Source of the DNA: Lophium mytilinum
Lineage: Eukaryota
Length of the DNA: 64,000 bases
Assembly: GCA_010093605.1 (NCBI GenBank)
Contig: MU004192.1
Coordinates: forward strand, 256,882-320,881
Direction of reading: 5' to 3'
A model generated the notes under the pieces. The model searched no databases, was not told where the DNA came from, and saw only the letters and a list, made by a program, of their open reading frames with translations. Positions 13,301 through 24,510 of this stretch are shown here, piece after piece (position 1 is the first letter of the stretch; each line of letters begins with the position of its first letter). Made by a program: the position numbers and the translations under genes.

Positions 13301-13852
13301 GCGACTCGACGGTCTCTCGATGCCGTTCCCGTAGGTCGACAGGCGCCTCCGGGCAGCTGCATTGTCGTCTCCGCTGTGGTGTGTCGCGTCGTACATGGAA
13401 TTGAATGACGCGCGCCTGGATGGTGCTCTCCTTCCCTCCTGCGATGTACTAGCATATCCGTTGAGGCCATGGTGGTCGAGATTGCGCGTGATGTCCTCGA
13501 CTCCCTCTCCCTCTCTGTCAACCTCGATTTCGATCCCCATGCGCGCCAGCTTCGCCTGGAAGTGCGTGAAAAGATCCCCCCCTTCCCTTGGTCCCTCTTG
13601 CATATGAAATATGAAACGGATGAGGATGCGATCATGATCGGTGGTGAGGCCGTGGCGCGCGAGGACGGTCTCGTAGGCCGCATACAGGGCGTGGAATGGC
13701 GGCCCGGGGAGGCTTTGCGCCGCCGTGACGATCTCGTAGAGGATTTCAATGTCTACAATTTTGTATCAGTATGAACCCGGTAGAAGTGGAGAGGCTGGGT
13801 TTTTACCATCGTTGGAAAGGGGAGGCAGCTCATCGGTGGTGGAAGCTTGCAT
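10379..13852 (-). CDS. SFI1: Sfi1 spindle-pole-body half-bridge protein (centrin-binding Trp repeats)
   Basis: Long helical protein with many F/L-x-x-W-R/K repeats; exon 1 13852-13807 (MQASTTDELPPLSND) spliced over intron 13806-13753 to IEILYEIV...ALYAAYETVL, in frame with the 1074-aa ORF. Confidence 0.85.
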
Positions 13853-14198
13853 TCGAAGGGACTCGGGCGACAGACGCGGGTCCCCAAAGGCATAAGCGCG
13901 ACGTGGAAGACGTTTCGATCATGGAATGGCCAAGGCGGTGCGGAAAGGGCGATCGCGGGCAATTAAGCATTACTAGGGAAAAAGAAGAAGGAAAAAGAAA
14001 TGGTGGTGATGGCAGCAAGTGAAGTGGGTGTTTCGCTGCACGCGTGAAGGAGAGCAAGAAATGCGCTTGGGCCCTTTGTTGTTGCCAAGTTTTGCCAAGC
14101 CGGGCCTGTGCTTCGGCGCCATTCACTGCCTGTCGTTGTGTGGACGTCGTTGAGGATGAAACACCAGCCTACACCAAACCGATTTCCATCTGGCCACC

Positions 14199-14490
14199 AT
14201 GCCCTCCAAGACCCGTCCAATTGAGAAGTTTGCTACCGCCGTAGGGAAGTGCTCAGCGGAGGTGGGTACTTCACCTTCTCAATCTTTATATTCGCCTCCT
14301 CTGACGCATTCCATTGAAGGGAGCCGTCTATGGAAAGTGCATCGTTGCAGACTACCAAAACGTCACTAAAGACAAGTGTCTTACTGAGTTTCTGAAACTG
14401 AAAGACTGCTATCTGGTAAAGTAGTTCACTGCGATTGTCTGAAGTTAGACTCTAACGCTTTGATGGCAGGCCGCATACAAGAAACGGTGA
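14199..14490 (+). CDS. 59-aa twin CX9C protein, NDUFAF8-like complex I assembly factor (not in ORF track)
   Basis: Exons 14199-14261, 14320-14415, 14470-14490 give MPSKTRPIEKFATAVGKCSAEGAVYGKCIVADYQNVTKDKCLTEFLKLKDCYLAAYKKR with two exact C-x9-C motifs. Confidence 0.85.
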
Positions 14491-14845
14491 GGATTCATCC
14501 GAATAGACCATCTCAATCAGATATGGCGCGCCGCGGACGATGCATGTATGGCGCAATGTGGCGTGTAGGGGAATGAGAGTGCCTTTGCACAATCACTCTG
14601 CGTGTGGCTCCCAACTCTTGAATGACCTACTTGGGCTCCCCTGCAAAGCTGACAAAGCCATTTGTTATCGCGATCACTGTACAATAGACCATGTACATGT
14701 TACATGTTCCTGTAATCACGAAATAGACTGTAAACAGTGCATATGCTGTACTTCTTTTGAGCTAGCATAGCTTTGAAAGCTCTATCCTCAGGTATTCTAT
14801 GAACTCGTGCCGTCCTTTTCGACATCATCTCATCCTCTGTAACCT

Positions 14846-17800
14846 CTACAGCTTCACAAGCCTCAGCAGGAAATTCGCCTTGTGAATCTCCTGTTCTTCC
14901 TCTACGATGACGGTCTCGTCACTCTTGTCTGGGATCTTTCCTTCAACCTCCGTTGTGATATGCTTGTCAACGTTCCGCCTCAGAGCCTTCTCGAATATCT
15001 TCCCTTGGCTCGCGAAACAGGTCTCCAGACCGACATCTTCAGGGTCGCTGAGTACTTTGTACTCCATACCGACATCATCGGTAGCCACCAGTCCGGCCTT
15101 CTTCCGAAGATCTTGCACCCGACGAATGATTTCTCGTGCTAGGCCCTCTTGCACAAGCTCGGGGTAGCTTGCGACGTCAAGGACTGTGAAAATCAGCATC
15201 TTGCTATAGCTAATTGGTCGCCATCTGGAGACTCACCTATGAGAACGTCGTCGTCGGTGTTGAACTCTTGGTTCTTGCTAGCCTCATCCTCGCGCAGCCC
15301 ACGCTTGACGAGAAGGTCCTCCTTTTCAAGTTGGATACCATCAACAGTAATTTTCCCGCTACTCCGGAAATCCTTGACATCCTTACTAGTGAGGGACGGA
15401 AGAGCCTTCTTGACCTTCACCGCATCTTTCTTCAACTTCTTGCCAAGCACTGAGAAGTCAGCGGTCACGGAGTATTGCACCTTGTACTTGTCCTCGTCAC
15501 TTGAGAGGACGAGTTCCCGCACGTTCAGTTCGTCCAGAATGTATGTCTCGAGGCTCTTGACGTCGTCGAGATATTCTTGGTCGGGGTGAATGATGACGAG
15601 CGTCTTCAAGGGCGTCTTCAGACCGATGGTTCGTCGATCACGGCAGATACGACCGAGGTCGATTACAGTCTGCATACGGCTCACCTGCCGCTCAATGATA
15701 GGGTCAAATAGCTCCGATCGAACCTCGGGAAACGGTAGGAAATGCACACTGCGATCATCCTCTGCATGGAGCGACTGCGGAATATGAGGAAGTAGCCGCA
15801 AGTATATGTTGTCAGTGATGAACGGCGTGAAGGGTGCCAGTCCTCGGCACAGAGTGTACAAGACCTCGAAAAGGGTGTTGAGAGCATGCTTCGTATCGTC
15901 GAGACCATTTTCACCCTTTAAGCGACTTCGATTGAAGCGAATGTACCAATTTGTGGTGTTGTCGATAAGAGCTAGTAGACGCGGAACAACGGTATACAAT
16001 CGGTACGCAGCCATTTCCTCGTTGACGAAAGCGAGTAAAGACTGGCAAGATGCTAATATCCAGCGGTCCATGACATTGGTATTTGTCTTCTCAGCTGCAG
16101 GGTCAAACTCGAAATGCAGATCTGCAACTTTCTTCAGAAGTGACACCTGCTGCTCGAAGAACTGATGCGAATTCCAAAGAGGTAGCAAGACTTTAGAGAC
16201 GATTTCTTTCACACCTTTCTCGGAGAATCTGAGGGTTTCTGCTCGCACAACAGGACTGTTGATGAGATATAATCGGAGAGCATCAGAACCGTAGTTATTC
16301 ATCACCAAGCTAGGATCGGGATAGTTCTTTAGTCGCTTCGACATTTTCTTTCCGTCTTCCGCGAGCACAATGCCATTGACGACACAGTTCTTGAAAGGGA
16401 GCTCGCCAAAAAGGTGAGTGCCTAAGACAGTTAACGTGTAGAACCATCCTCGTGTCTGATCCAGGCCCTCGGCGATGAAGTCTCCTGGGAATGATGCCTT
16501 GAACTCTTCTACATTCTCGAAGGGATAGTGTTTGCTCGCATAAGGCATGCTACCAGACTCGAACCAGCAGTCGAACACTTCGTCTACGCGACGCAAAACG
16601 CCTTTGCCTTGCTTGCTAGGGATCGTAATAGGGTCCACGTGATCTCTATGGATATCGTCAAGGGCTGCATCAACGCCGGATAGCTCTTTCAGCTCGGCTA
16701 TGCTGCCGATGCAGACCATTTCCTTGAAGTCATCGCTAACCCAGATGGGTAGTGGTGTTCCCCAGAAACGATTCCGGCTAACCGCCCAGTCTCGAGAATT
16801 TGAGATCCAGTTGGCGAAACGCTTCTCCTTGACGAAAGATGGGACCCAATGAGAGCCTTCAATGTTCTCAAGCATCTTCGGGATGATGTCGGGAACTTTC
16901 ACAAACCACGAAGGCACTGCTCGGTAAATCAATGGAGTGTCGGAACGCCAGCAAAACGGGTAGCTATGCGTTATTTGACTGTCCACCACTAAGCGGCCCG
17001 ATGCCTTCAGATGTTTTATGATTCCCTTGTCGGCTTCTTTGACGTGTTGGCCGGCGAAATCGCTCACCACAGACGTAAATCGGCCAGCGTCGTCTACCGG
17101 ATTTGGAGGAGGGCGGCTTTCGTTGATGACTCCGTTATCTAACGCGACTTTGTAATCCTCTTCACCAAATGCGGGCGCTTGATGAACAATGCCAACACCT
17201 GAATCGGCCGTCACATATGTAGCGCTAATGACGCGGAATCCAACCTCTTTGAATTCCTCTTTGTAGTAGTCAAATAGCGGCTCGTATTCCCAACCGACCA
17301 TATCTTTTCCCTTGACCTTTTCCAGAATCTTGAACTTGGCTTTTTTGGGGTCTTTATATAGCGTCCTGAGGAGCGCTTCCAGTAGAACGTAATTTTTCCC
17401 CGACTTTTCGTCCGCAATCTTGATATATTCAAAGTCCGGGTGAACGCAAAGAGCCACATTGGAAGGTAGCGTCCACGGAGTTGTCGTCCAAGCCAATAGG
17501 CACGTCTTTTCGTCCTTGAGGAGAGGAAACGAGACGACCACGGCAGGGTCCTGGACGTCCTTGTAATTTTGAGTCGCCTCAAAATTGCTGAGTGGAGTTC
17601 CCAGGGCAGTCGAATATGGCATGACCTTGAAGCCTCGGTACACAGCATTCTTCTCCCACAGCTGCTTGAACACCCACCATTCGCTCTCCATGAATGATGT
17701 GTCCATCGTCTTGTAATCATTGTCGAAATCTATCCACCGCCCAAGCCGGTCAATGGTGGTGCGCCACTCTGTTGCATATCTCATGACAATGGCCCTACAG

Positions 17801-18260
17801 TCGGCGTTGTACTTTGCGATTCCGAATTTGTTGACGGCGTCTCGGCCTGACATTCCATTCTCCTTGTCGATTTCGTGCTCAATAGGCACACCGTGGGTAT
17901 CCCAGCCGAATCTCCGCTCGACGTATCGTCCCTTCATGGACCAGTATCTCGGAATGATGTCCTTGATAGTAGAGGCGAGTAGGTGGCCATAATGAGGCAA
18001 TCCGGTCGCGAAAGGCGGGCCATCTGAGAAACTTATTAGTCTGTAGCTCTAAGATATCTCCAAGTTCCATAGGACATGGTTAGGAAGAGCCAGCCATAGA
18101 GGCATGGAATGACTTGTTTGTACTGAGCGGGGGAGCCAAATTTACCGTAAAATGTGTATGGTTGTTTGCCCTTGGAGAGCTCAACCTGGCGGCCGAACGC
18201 GTCGAGTTCCTTCCAGCGCTTCAGGATACGCTCCTCCTCCTGGGGGAAATTGACGGACAT
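14846..18260 (-). CDS. ILS1: Cytosolic isoleucyl-tRNA synthetase
   Basis: Exons 18260-18146, 18023-15237, 15183-14846; DGPPFATGLPHYGH (HIGH), WTTTPWTLPSN editing motif, KMSKR (KMSKS). Confidence 0.98.
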
Positions 18261-18567
18261 GGCGACAGGTAGTGGGAAGGGAAGAAGAATGTCGTGTGGG
18301 GGAAGTTTGAAGCTCGAGTCATTGCTGCAAAGGCTGCCCCGCGGTGAGTCAAAGTTGGTGCCTGAGGCAACACCAGCCTTGCGCTGATCGAATTTCATCC
18401 CGCGCTAGAAATCCTCGAATAGGGGGGTCTAGACTACAACCATTCTAGTATTTAATTCGAAGGATGAAATGCCTGCTTACAGGCAACATTAGTCACTTTC
18501 CAACCTCTGTTCTTCATCTGTCGTTCCCCGTTCACTCTGTTTCCTTCCAGCACTCGGTGCTTTGATA

Positions 18568-19478
18568 ATGGCTTTCCTATTCATCGTCCTAATCTTCGTT
18601 GCATTATGTACGGCTTGGGTTGATGAGTTTCCGATCATTGCTCCATCGACTGTCCACGCTGGCACCTCATTCGATGTCACGATATCTGATACTTCTGTCT
18701 ACAATGATGCGACTACGTGGGTCGAGTCGCTCAGGATATATCTCGCAGCTTCTGCTGAAGACAAGCTCTCTGCAGACTTCTATGACTCTGACTGTCCGCC
18801 TTACCGTCATTAGACCATTCAGATATACATTTTTGCTAATGATGAGTTGTAGGCACATTGATTAAAGCCATAACTGTCTGCGATCCATCAATCACCGTAT
18901 ATGATCAATATGTACAGATATCGAATACAACTTTCAAAGTCAACATACCTGCGAATATTGGCCCCTCCGGTCCCCACTATGTCCTCAAATCTCAACTGAT
19001 TTAAACGGATGGATCGCGTTACGGCGCCACGCTCTCCTCCGATGTCTTTGACCTCACTAGCGCCACTGGAAATTGGACTTACACTCAGCTTCAAGGGTAC
19101 ACGCTATGGACTGCCGACGGCATTCCTTGTACCGGTTTCCCTTGTGTTAAGAGTTGCTCCGAGACTGCCCACGACGCTTACCAAAAGTCCAACAACGCCA
19201 GCGACTCCATCTATCAGGCGTGTGCTAATTCTTGTCCTGGTGTGGATATAAATTTCAACTCCTCACAGCAGCAGACGCAGCCAACGAGTACTCCTTCTCC
19301 GTGTCCTGCAAGGGCAAGCACCTCAATCGCGGTATTTTCTAGCTCCACTAGAACGGAGACTGGTATGGTGAACTCCGCGACACCTACGTCTGCTGTACAG
19401 AGTGCTAAGACTTTCTCAAAGTCATATTTGCAGTCTTCTGTCGCATTAGCGTTGGGTATTCTTACGTCTTATGTTTGA
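18568..19478 (+). pseudogene. Secreted, probably GPI-anchored Cys-containing protein interrupted by an in-frame TAA
   Basis: Signal peptide MAFLFIVLIFVALCTA; intron 18794-18852; exon 2 is protein-like in one frame to a hydrophobic C-terminus (SSVALALGILTSYV) except TAA at 19002-19004. Confidence 0.7.
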
Positions 19479-19879
19479 TAAACCAGTAATCGAGCATCTG
19501 CACCCTCTTGCCACTGCCACCGACGTCTTCACGCAATCCCGAGAACCTGAACAGATAACAACTCGTTATGATGAACAGCTGCTAAACTCTCTTGGTCACT
19601 TCACTCAGTGTCAAATAGGAAATCACAGAGCGTACGCGTAGGCCACGAGTGTGCAAGCTCGAAATCGCCTTCAATATGGACGCTGGTTGTAGGTTCGCGT
19701 AACGATGGACCACGGTTGACTTGACCACAACCCAAGCTTTTCAGACTCCAAAACAACTTATAAGGTGCTTTCAATATTCAGTCGTATCTCGAGCAATCAT
19801 CCCTCCACAATCTTGCGCTCTCCGCCCCTAGAGTGCGAGTTCCTCGCAAGAACCGCAGCCAGAGCCCGCAAACTCAGCC

Positions 19880-20771
19880 ATGATGCCTACCTTTCCACTC
19901 CTTGCCCTCCGCCCCCAAACAGCCAAGTTGCTCCAGCACGTCCGAAACCTCCCAACGGAGGTGCGGCTGATGATACTCGACCAAATCTACATCAGTGATA
20001 GACCTATTTCCGGCGGTTCTTTCGCGCTCTATCGTGCCTTACTCTACCATCCGGACGCTGAGATACTCAACCGAGCCCACAAGACGTTTTATGGAAGCAA
20101 CGTTTTCTTAGTCAAACAAAGGTACGTTGTTGATAACAGTCTTCCATCCAGCGCCACGGCAGATAGACTTCTCTGAATGCAAAGTGGCAGACCACGATTA
20201 TGCGCGAAGCTCTGTTGAAAACATGATGTACCGGTACATGCATGTCTAAGAGAGCCGAATAGCTCGTTCCTATAGCCGTCTACGAATCTACTTCTAATAA
20301 TCTAATAGGAAATTACACTCTGTCATCCGCCATGTTTTTCGTCGTTCGGATGCCCCTTGGATTCGGTGGTTGCTTTACGAAAGACGTACTTTTCGATTTG
20401 CCTCGGAATTTCTTCTGGGGCCACTTCTCCTCGACATGCCGTCCTACTACGTTCGATCACAGATACGGCGTCTCGAGTTGAATCTCGCTGGACTCCACAC
20501 AGAGCTCTGCACAGCGAGCCTGGTCAAAGACCTCGGTACCTACGGATTCAAGAGCTTAGAGTCTCTCAAGCTGGTCCTTCCAGATCTCTGGGATGACTCT
20601 CAACTTGCGATGTTTATTAGAATCATTCAAAATTGCGATATACACTTGGATACGAAAAGGAAGCCAAAGAGTGTAGAGGTCGTTATAAATTCAGCAAAAG
20701 TGTCGCCTGATGCTCGGAGAGGTGGGGGAAAGGCGATATGCAAACAGCTTACGTCAGGTTCTTCAGTATGA
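19880..20771 (+). CDS. Hypothetical protein with F-box-like N-terminal motif
   Basis: RNLPTEVRLMILDQIY motif; GTACGT donor at 20122 can join an acceptor at ~20308 in frame with ORF 20370-20771 (IRRLELNL...LESLKLVL). Confidence 0.45.
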
Positions 20772-21320
20772 TCAGTAGTAAGTCAGCTCAAGGTCTATCT
20801 TGATGGCGTTACCAAGGGTCTAGTACTATAAACATCCTACTCGCTTAGTATGGTGTCTCACAATATGCTAAAGTGTTCCAAAGACTGAAAAATAACTCCA
20901 AGTTACGAAAGAGAACCTCACGGTCGAGCCATTGCCAGCTCCTTGTAGTACATGTACACACCAATTTGTACACACCGATCTGCAGCAGATTTTTACTTAC
21001 CTGATCGGAACTGTCAACCAACAAATGGCTCGCCTACAAAACCTACGAAATCCCAAGCTTTTGATCAAACCAGAATATACAGTTGTGATGATTCGACGAC
21101 CACAGATGCACAAAATCACCAACACAGTGGCAATCTCGATCCCGGTCCAGAGGAACCCAGCACGAATCTTATAGCCTCGCGGGAAAGGATCAATCAAGCA
21201 GATTGGCGGCTGCGCTCGAATTTTAGAAATGCAAAGGCCAGCATCGGAAGGTTCACTTGTAATGCAGAGATGCGAAATTCTACTGAATTGCCCAAGCAGT
21301 ACCTGATAACTATACACAGA

Positions 21321-23398
21321 CTACGGCCCCGGCAACGTAGGTGTCTCCACCGGCGCCTTCACAAACCTCATATCCTTCAGGTCCTCCGAATAGTCTACCT
21401 CCTCGTCGCGCCCATCTACCCCACCCCAATACCACGTATTGTCTCGTCCATCCACGTCTCGCAGCGAGAAGCCGTTACCCAACCACGCCCACATATTCTT
21501 CCCATGATACGTGATCTCGTAGTCTTCGTATCGCGGAGTGGTCACGAGCTCGAAGCTGCGATCTAATTAGCTGCCGCACCTTTCGAACAATAGATGAAGA
21601 CTCACTACTGCGTCCTGCTCCCCGCAAACGTCATCGGCTTCCCATCAATCGTTCCGCCCTTCATCCAGCTCCTGCATGGCGTATCCCATACCAGTCGCTT
21701 CATCGTTAGATCCGCGTGCTCGCCATATTCCTCAATCACGTGCTGCTTCGGCGTAATCGTCTTGATATCCTCCAGCTGCATCTTATTGATCACCTGGATG
21801 ATGTATCGCGACAAGAACTCCATAGTCGGGAGCAGACTCGACTGGCCAACTGGTCCGTACGGCCCGTATAGCGTGAAGTAGTTTGGCATGTATGGCGCCG
21901 CAACGCCGAGGTAGGAGAGTGGCCGTTCCGTATAGATGTCTTGGAGGTTGTGGCCGTTCGCGATGATGGGGAAGCGCGAGACCCAGGAGGTGTTGAAGCC
22001 GGTAGCTAGGATTATGACGTCGACTTCGACTTCGTTGCCGTCCGGGTCGATGAAGCCTTTGGACGTGAGTTCTGAGAGGGAGGCGCCGCAGAAGGCGGTG
22101 ACGTTGGGGGCGACGAGGGCTTCTAGGTAGCCGTTTCCTGGGCTTCACAATCGTCAATCTCAGTATTCTCTAAGGAGGGATGCCACCGTCACTTACGTGG
22201 GCCGTTTGCAACCAACGGGGAAATTGGTAGGAGTCATGGCTTTCAGTAAGTCTGGTCGATCATGCAACTTTTCCCTCATTTGTGTCAAAGCAAATTCTCG
22301 AGATAAGTTGGTAATCGGGTGGTTCTTGTGAAGGGCGTTCCAGTTCGTCAGCTCTTGCTCAATTGCTTTCCGGTACTTGAGATAGTACACTGGGTCCTCG
22401 GCGAATCTCTTTTTTTGCTCCTCCGTATCTGCTGCGTGTCAGTTTTCCTTCATCGAGAAGCACAACGGAACCGTCAGCACTCACACTCTACATTCTGACC
22501 CTTTGGACCAGCATAGCTTGACGCAAAACCTGGCGTAATCCATGTAGGTGACCGAACCCAAGTATACAGCTTCGACGCCTTCTTCTGAATATTTGCGGTC
22601 AGCTGGATCCCGCTGGCACCAGTCCCAATGACCGCGACGCGCTTTCCCTCGAGCTCTAATCCAACGGGGTAATGCGCAGAGTGTGCTAGCGCACCCTTGA
22701 AGTCTTTTATTCCCTTAATTTTCGGCCATTCCCAGTAACTAGATCGCACGGTTAGGCCTCGTACTTCGAATTGGTGCCATTCGAGATACTCACTTGAATA
22801 TTCCAGAGCAGTTCAAGAGAATATCGGCCTCGTCCTCAAACGTCGTGCCATCTGTTAAGTTCTTGACTTTCACCACCCATTTTGCGCGATCTTCGTGCCA
22901 CTCCGCATGCTGGATCTCGTGTCGGAGCTTGATGTATTTCCGCAGGTTGTATTTTTCGACAACGAACTTGAAATACTCCAGAATCTCTGGCGCTTCCGAG
23001 TAGTACTTCGACCAGATCTTCGGTTCCCATGTGTACTGGTACGTGACCGAGGGGATATCGCAAGCGCAGCCCCTACATGCAAACTATCAATTTCGTTGGT
23101 CCTATTTTATACATAGCATAACTCTTCGGCGAACTCACGGATATACATTCTCGATCCATGTTCCCGACACCTCATCATTCTTCTCATAGAGCACTGTCTC
23201 CACGTTCTCCAGATCGTCCTGTGCGAACTTCGAAAAGTTGATCCCCGAAGCACCTGAACCGACGCAGATAATCTTCACGTGCCGTTTCGTGCCAGAAGGA
23301 CGCTCGTTCAGCGTGTAGCCATTCTCGTTCGTGGTCGGCCAGCCATACACGCTAGGCCTATCGGCCCACGAAACATCTGCGTCCGAGATCGAGCCCAT
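21321..23398 (-). CDS. FAD/NADPH flavin monooxygenase (BVMO/FMO-like, StcW/MoxY type), many introns
   Basis: GSGASG Rossmann motif, GTWIENVYP, FKGALAHSAHYP fingerprint, second Rossmann motif VAVIGTGASG, FPVGCKRPT, MPNYFTLYGP. Confidence 0.92.
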
Positions 23399-24510
23399 TG
23401 TCGTAAGTAGTACTTTCCAATAACACAGTATTCAAAGACAAATAGAAGAAAGGAGGAGCCAAAGTTTTAACGACTTCGAAAGTCCGTGCCAGTAGCTTTA
23501 AGTAAAACCGCCCAATGCCGGCCCTCTAACTAATTTACCCGCCACATGCTCTTTCATACGCCGATCGTACGAGCTGGATGTGGTTCGACCACCCGTCGAG
23601 CTGGACCATCGGTTGCTATTGTATCGTCGGTTGAGATGGTCGAATTCGGGAACTCGACGGATCCGAGCCGCAAACCCGGGGAACGGTAGATCGAGGCGTG
23701 CCGATGCGGGCCCTGGGTAGGCACCCCGCGATTTGGTAGTGGCATAGCTATTTTCCGTGTCTTCTAGCTTATGTGCGGAAGCACTGCGGAAAGGGAGACA
23801 GGAGACCGGTAACCAGTAAGCGAAATGGGATGTGGTGTTCCCGAAAAGTTCCTGAGGGGTGAAATCATGTGAAAAGCACGTGAGAGACTGATCGCCCCGA
23901 AGCCCAACACTCGCTTCCCTCCCTGAGTGAGCAACATACCTTGCCGAGAACCGATTTCATGTACTTTGACTTCAAACAACCCAGATAATATGCACTTGTC
24001 CGCTTTGTATTACCCTGTCCTCGAAGTATGAAGTTTACCTAAATGCTCTTAAGGAAGAGCCAATCGGAGCGACTCGATAAGGTAAGCGAGGTGTGCCGAT
24101 TGGGCCAAGCCGCAAAGGTAACGTAGGATATATGAGCTGTATGTTTGTGCTACCTCTGAACATCCGGAACCCCCTCCAGCGTTGAAATTCTGTTTCTATC
24201 ATCATCTTCACGCTTGCCTACGAGAGTCTTCATTTTCTCGCATAATAATATTCTTTCTTTACAGCACTACAGTTACCCTCATACTACTCACGACACTTAT
24301 CAAAGAGTCGTTCAAAACCTTAGAGCCTCACTGAATACTAGGATACTATCAGCAGTGTTACAGTATGGTGTTTAATGACGTGGCCGCGGAGGGCAGTTCC
24401 TCCGCTGTAGTACAGCATCGCAACAACTCAGCGGCGCAACGCTCCAAACTTATCGACTACACTCCGTTACTTTCACCCAGAGATGATTTGAGATCCTTTA
24501 AGCACCTAAA

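Noticed and set aside
20932..21566. 204-aa plus-strand ORF and neighbours
   Set aside because: Overlaps the monooxygenase 3' end in antisense; no motif.
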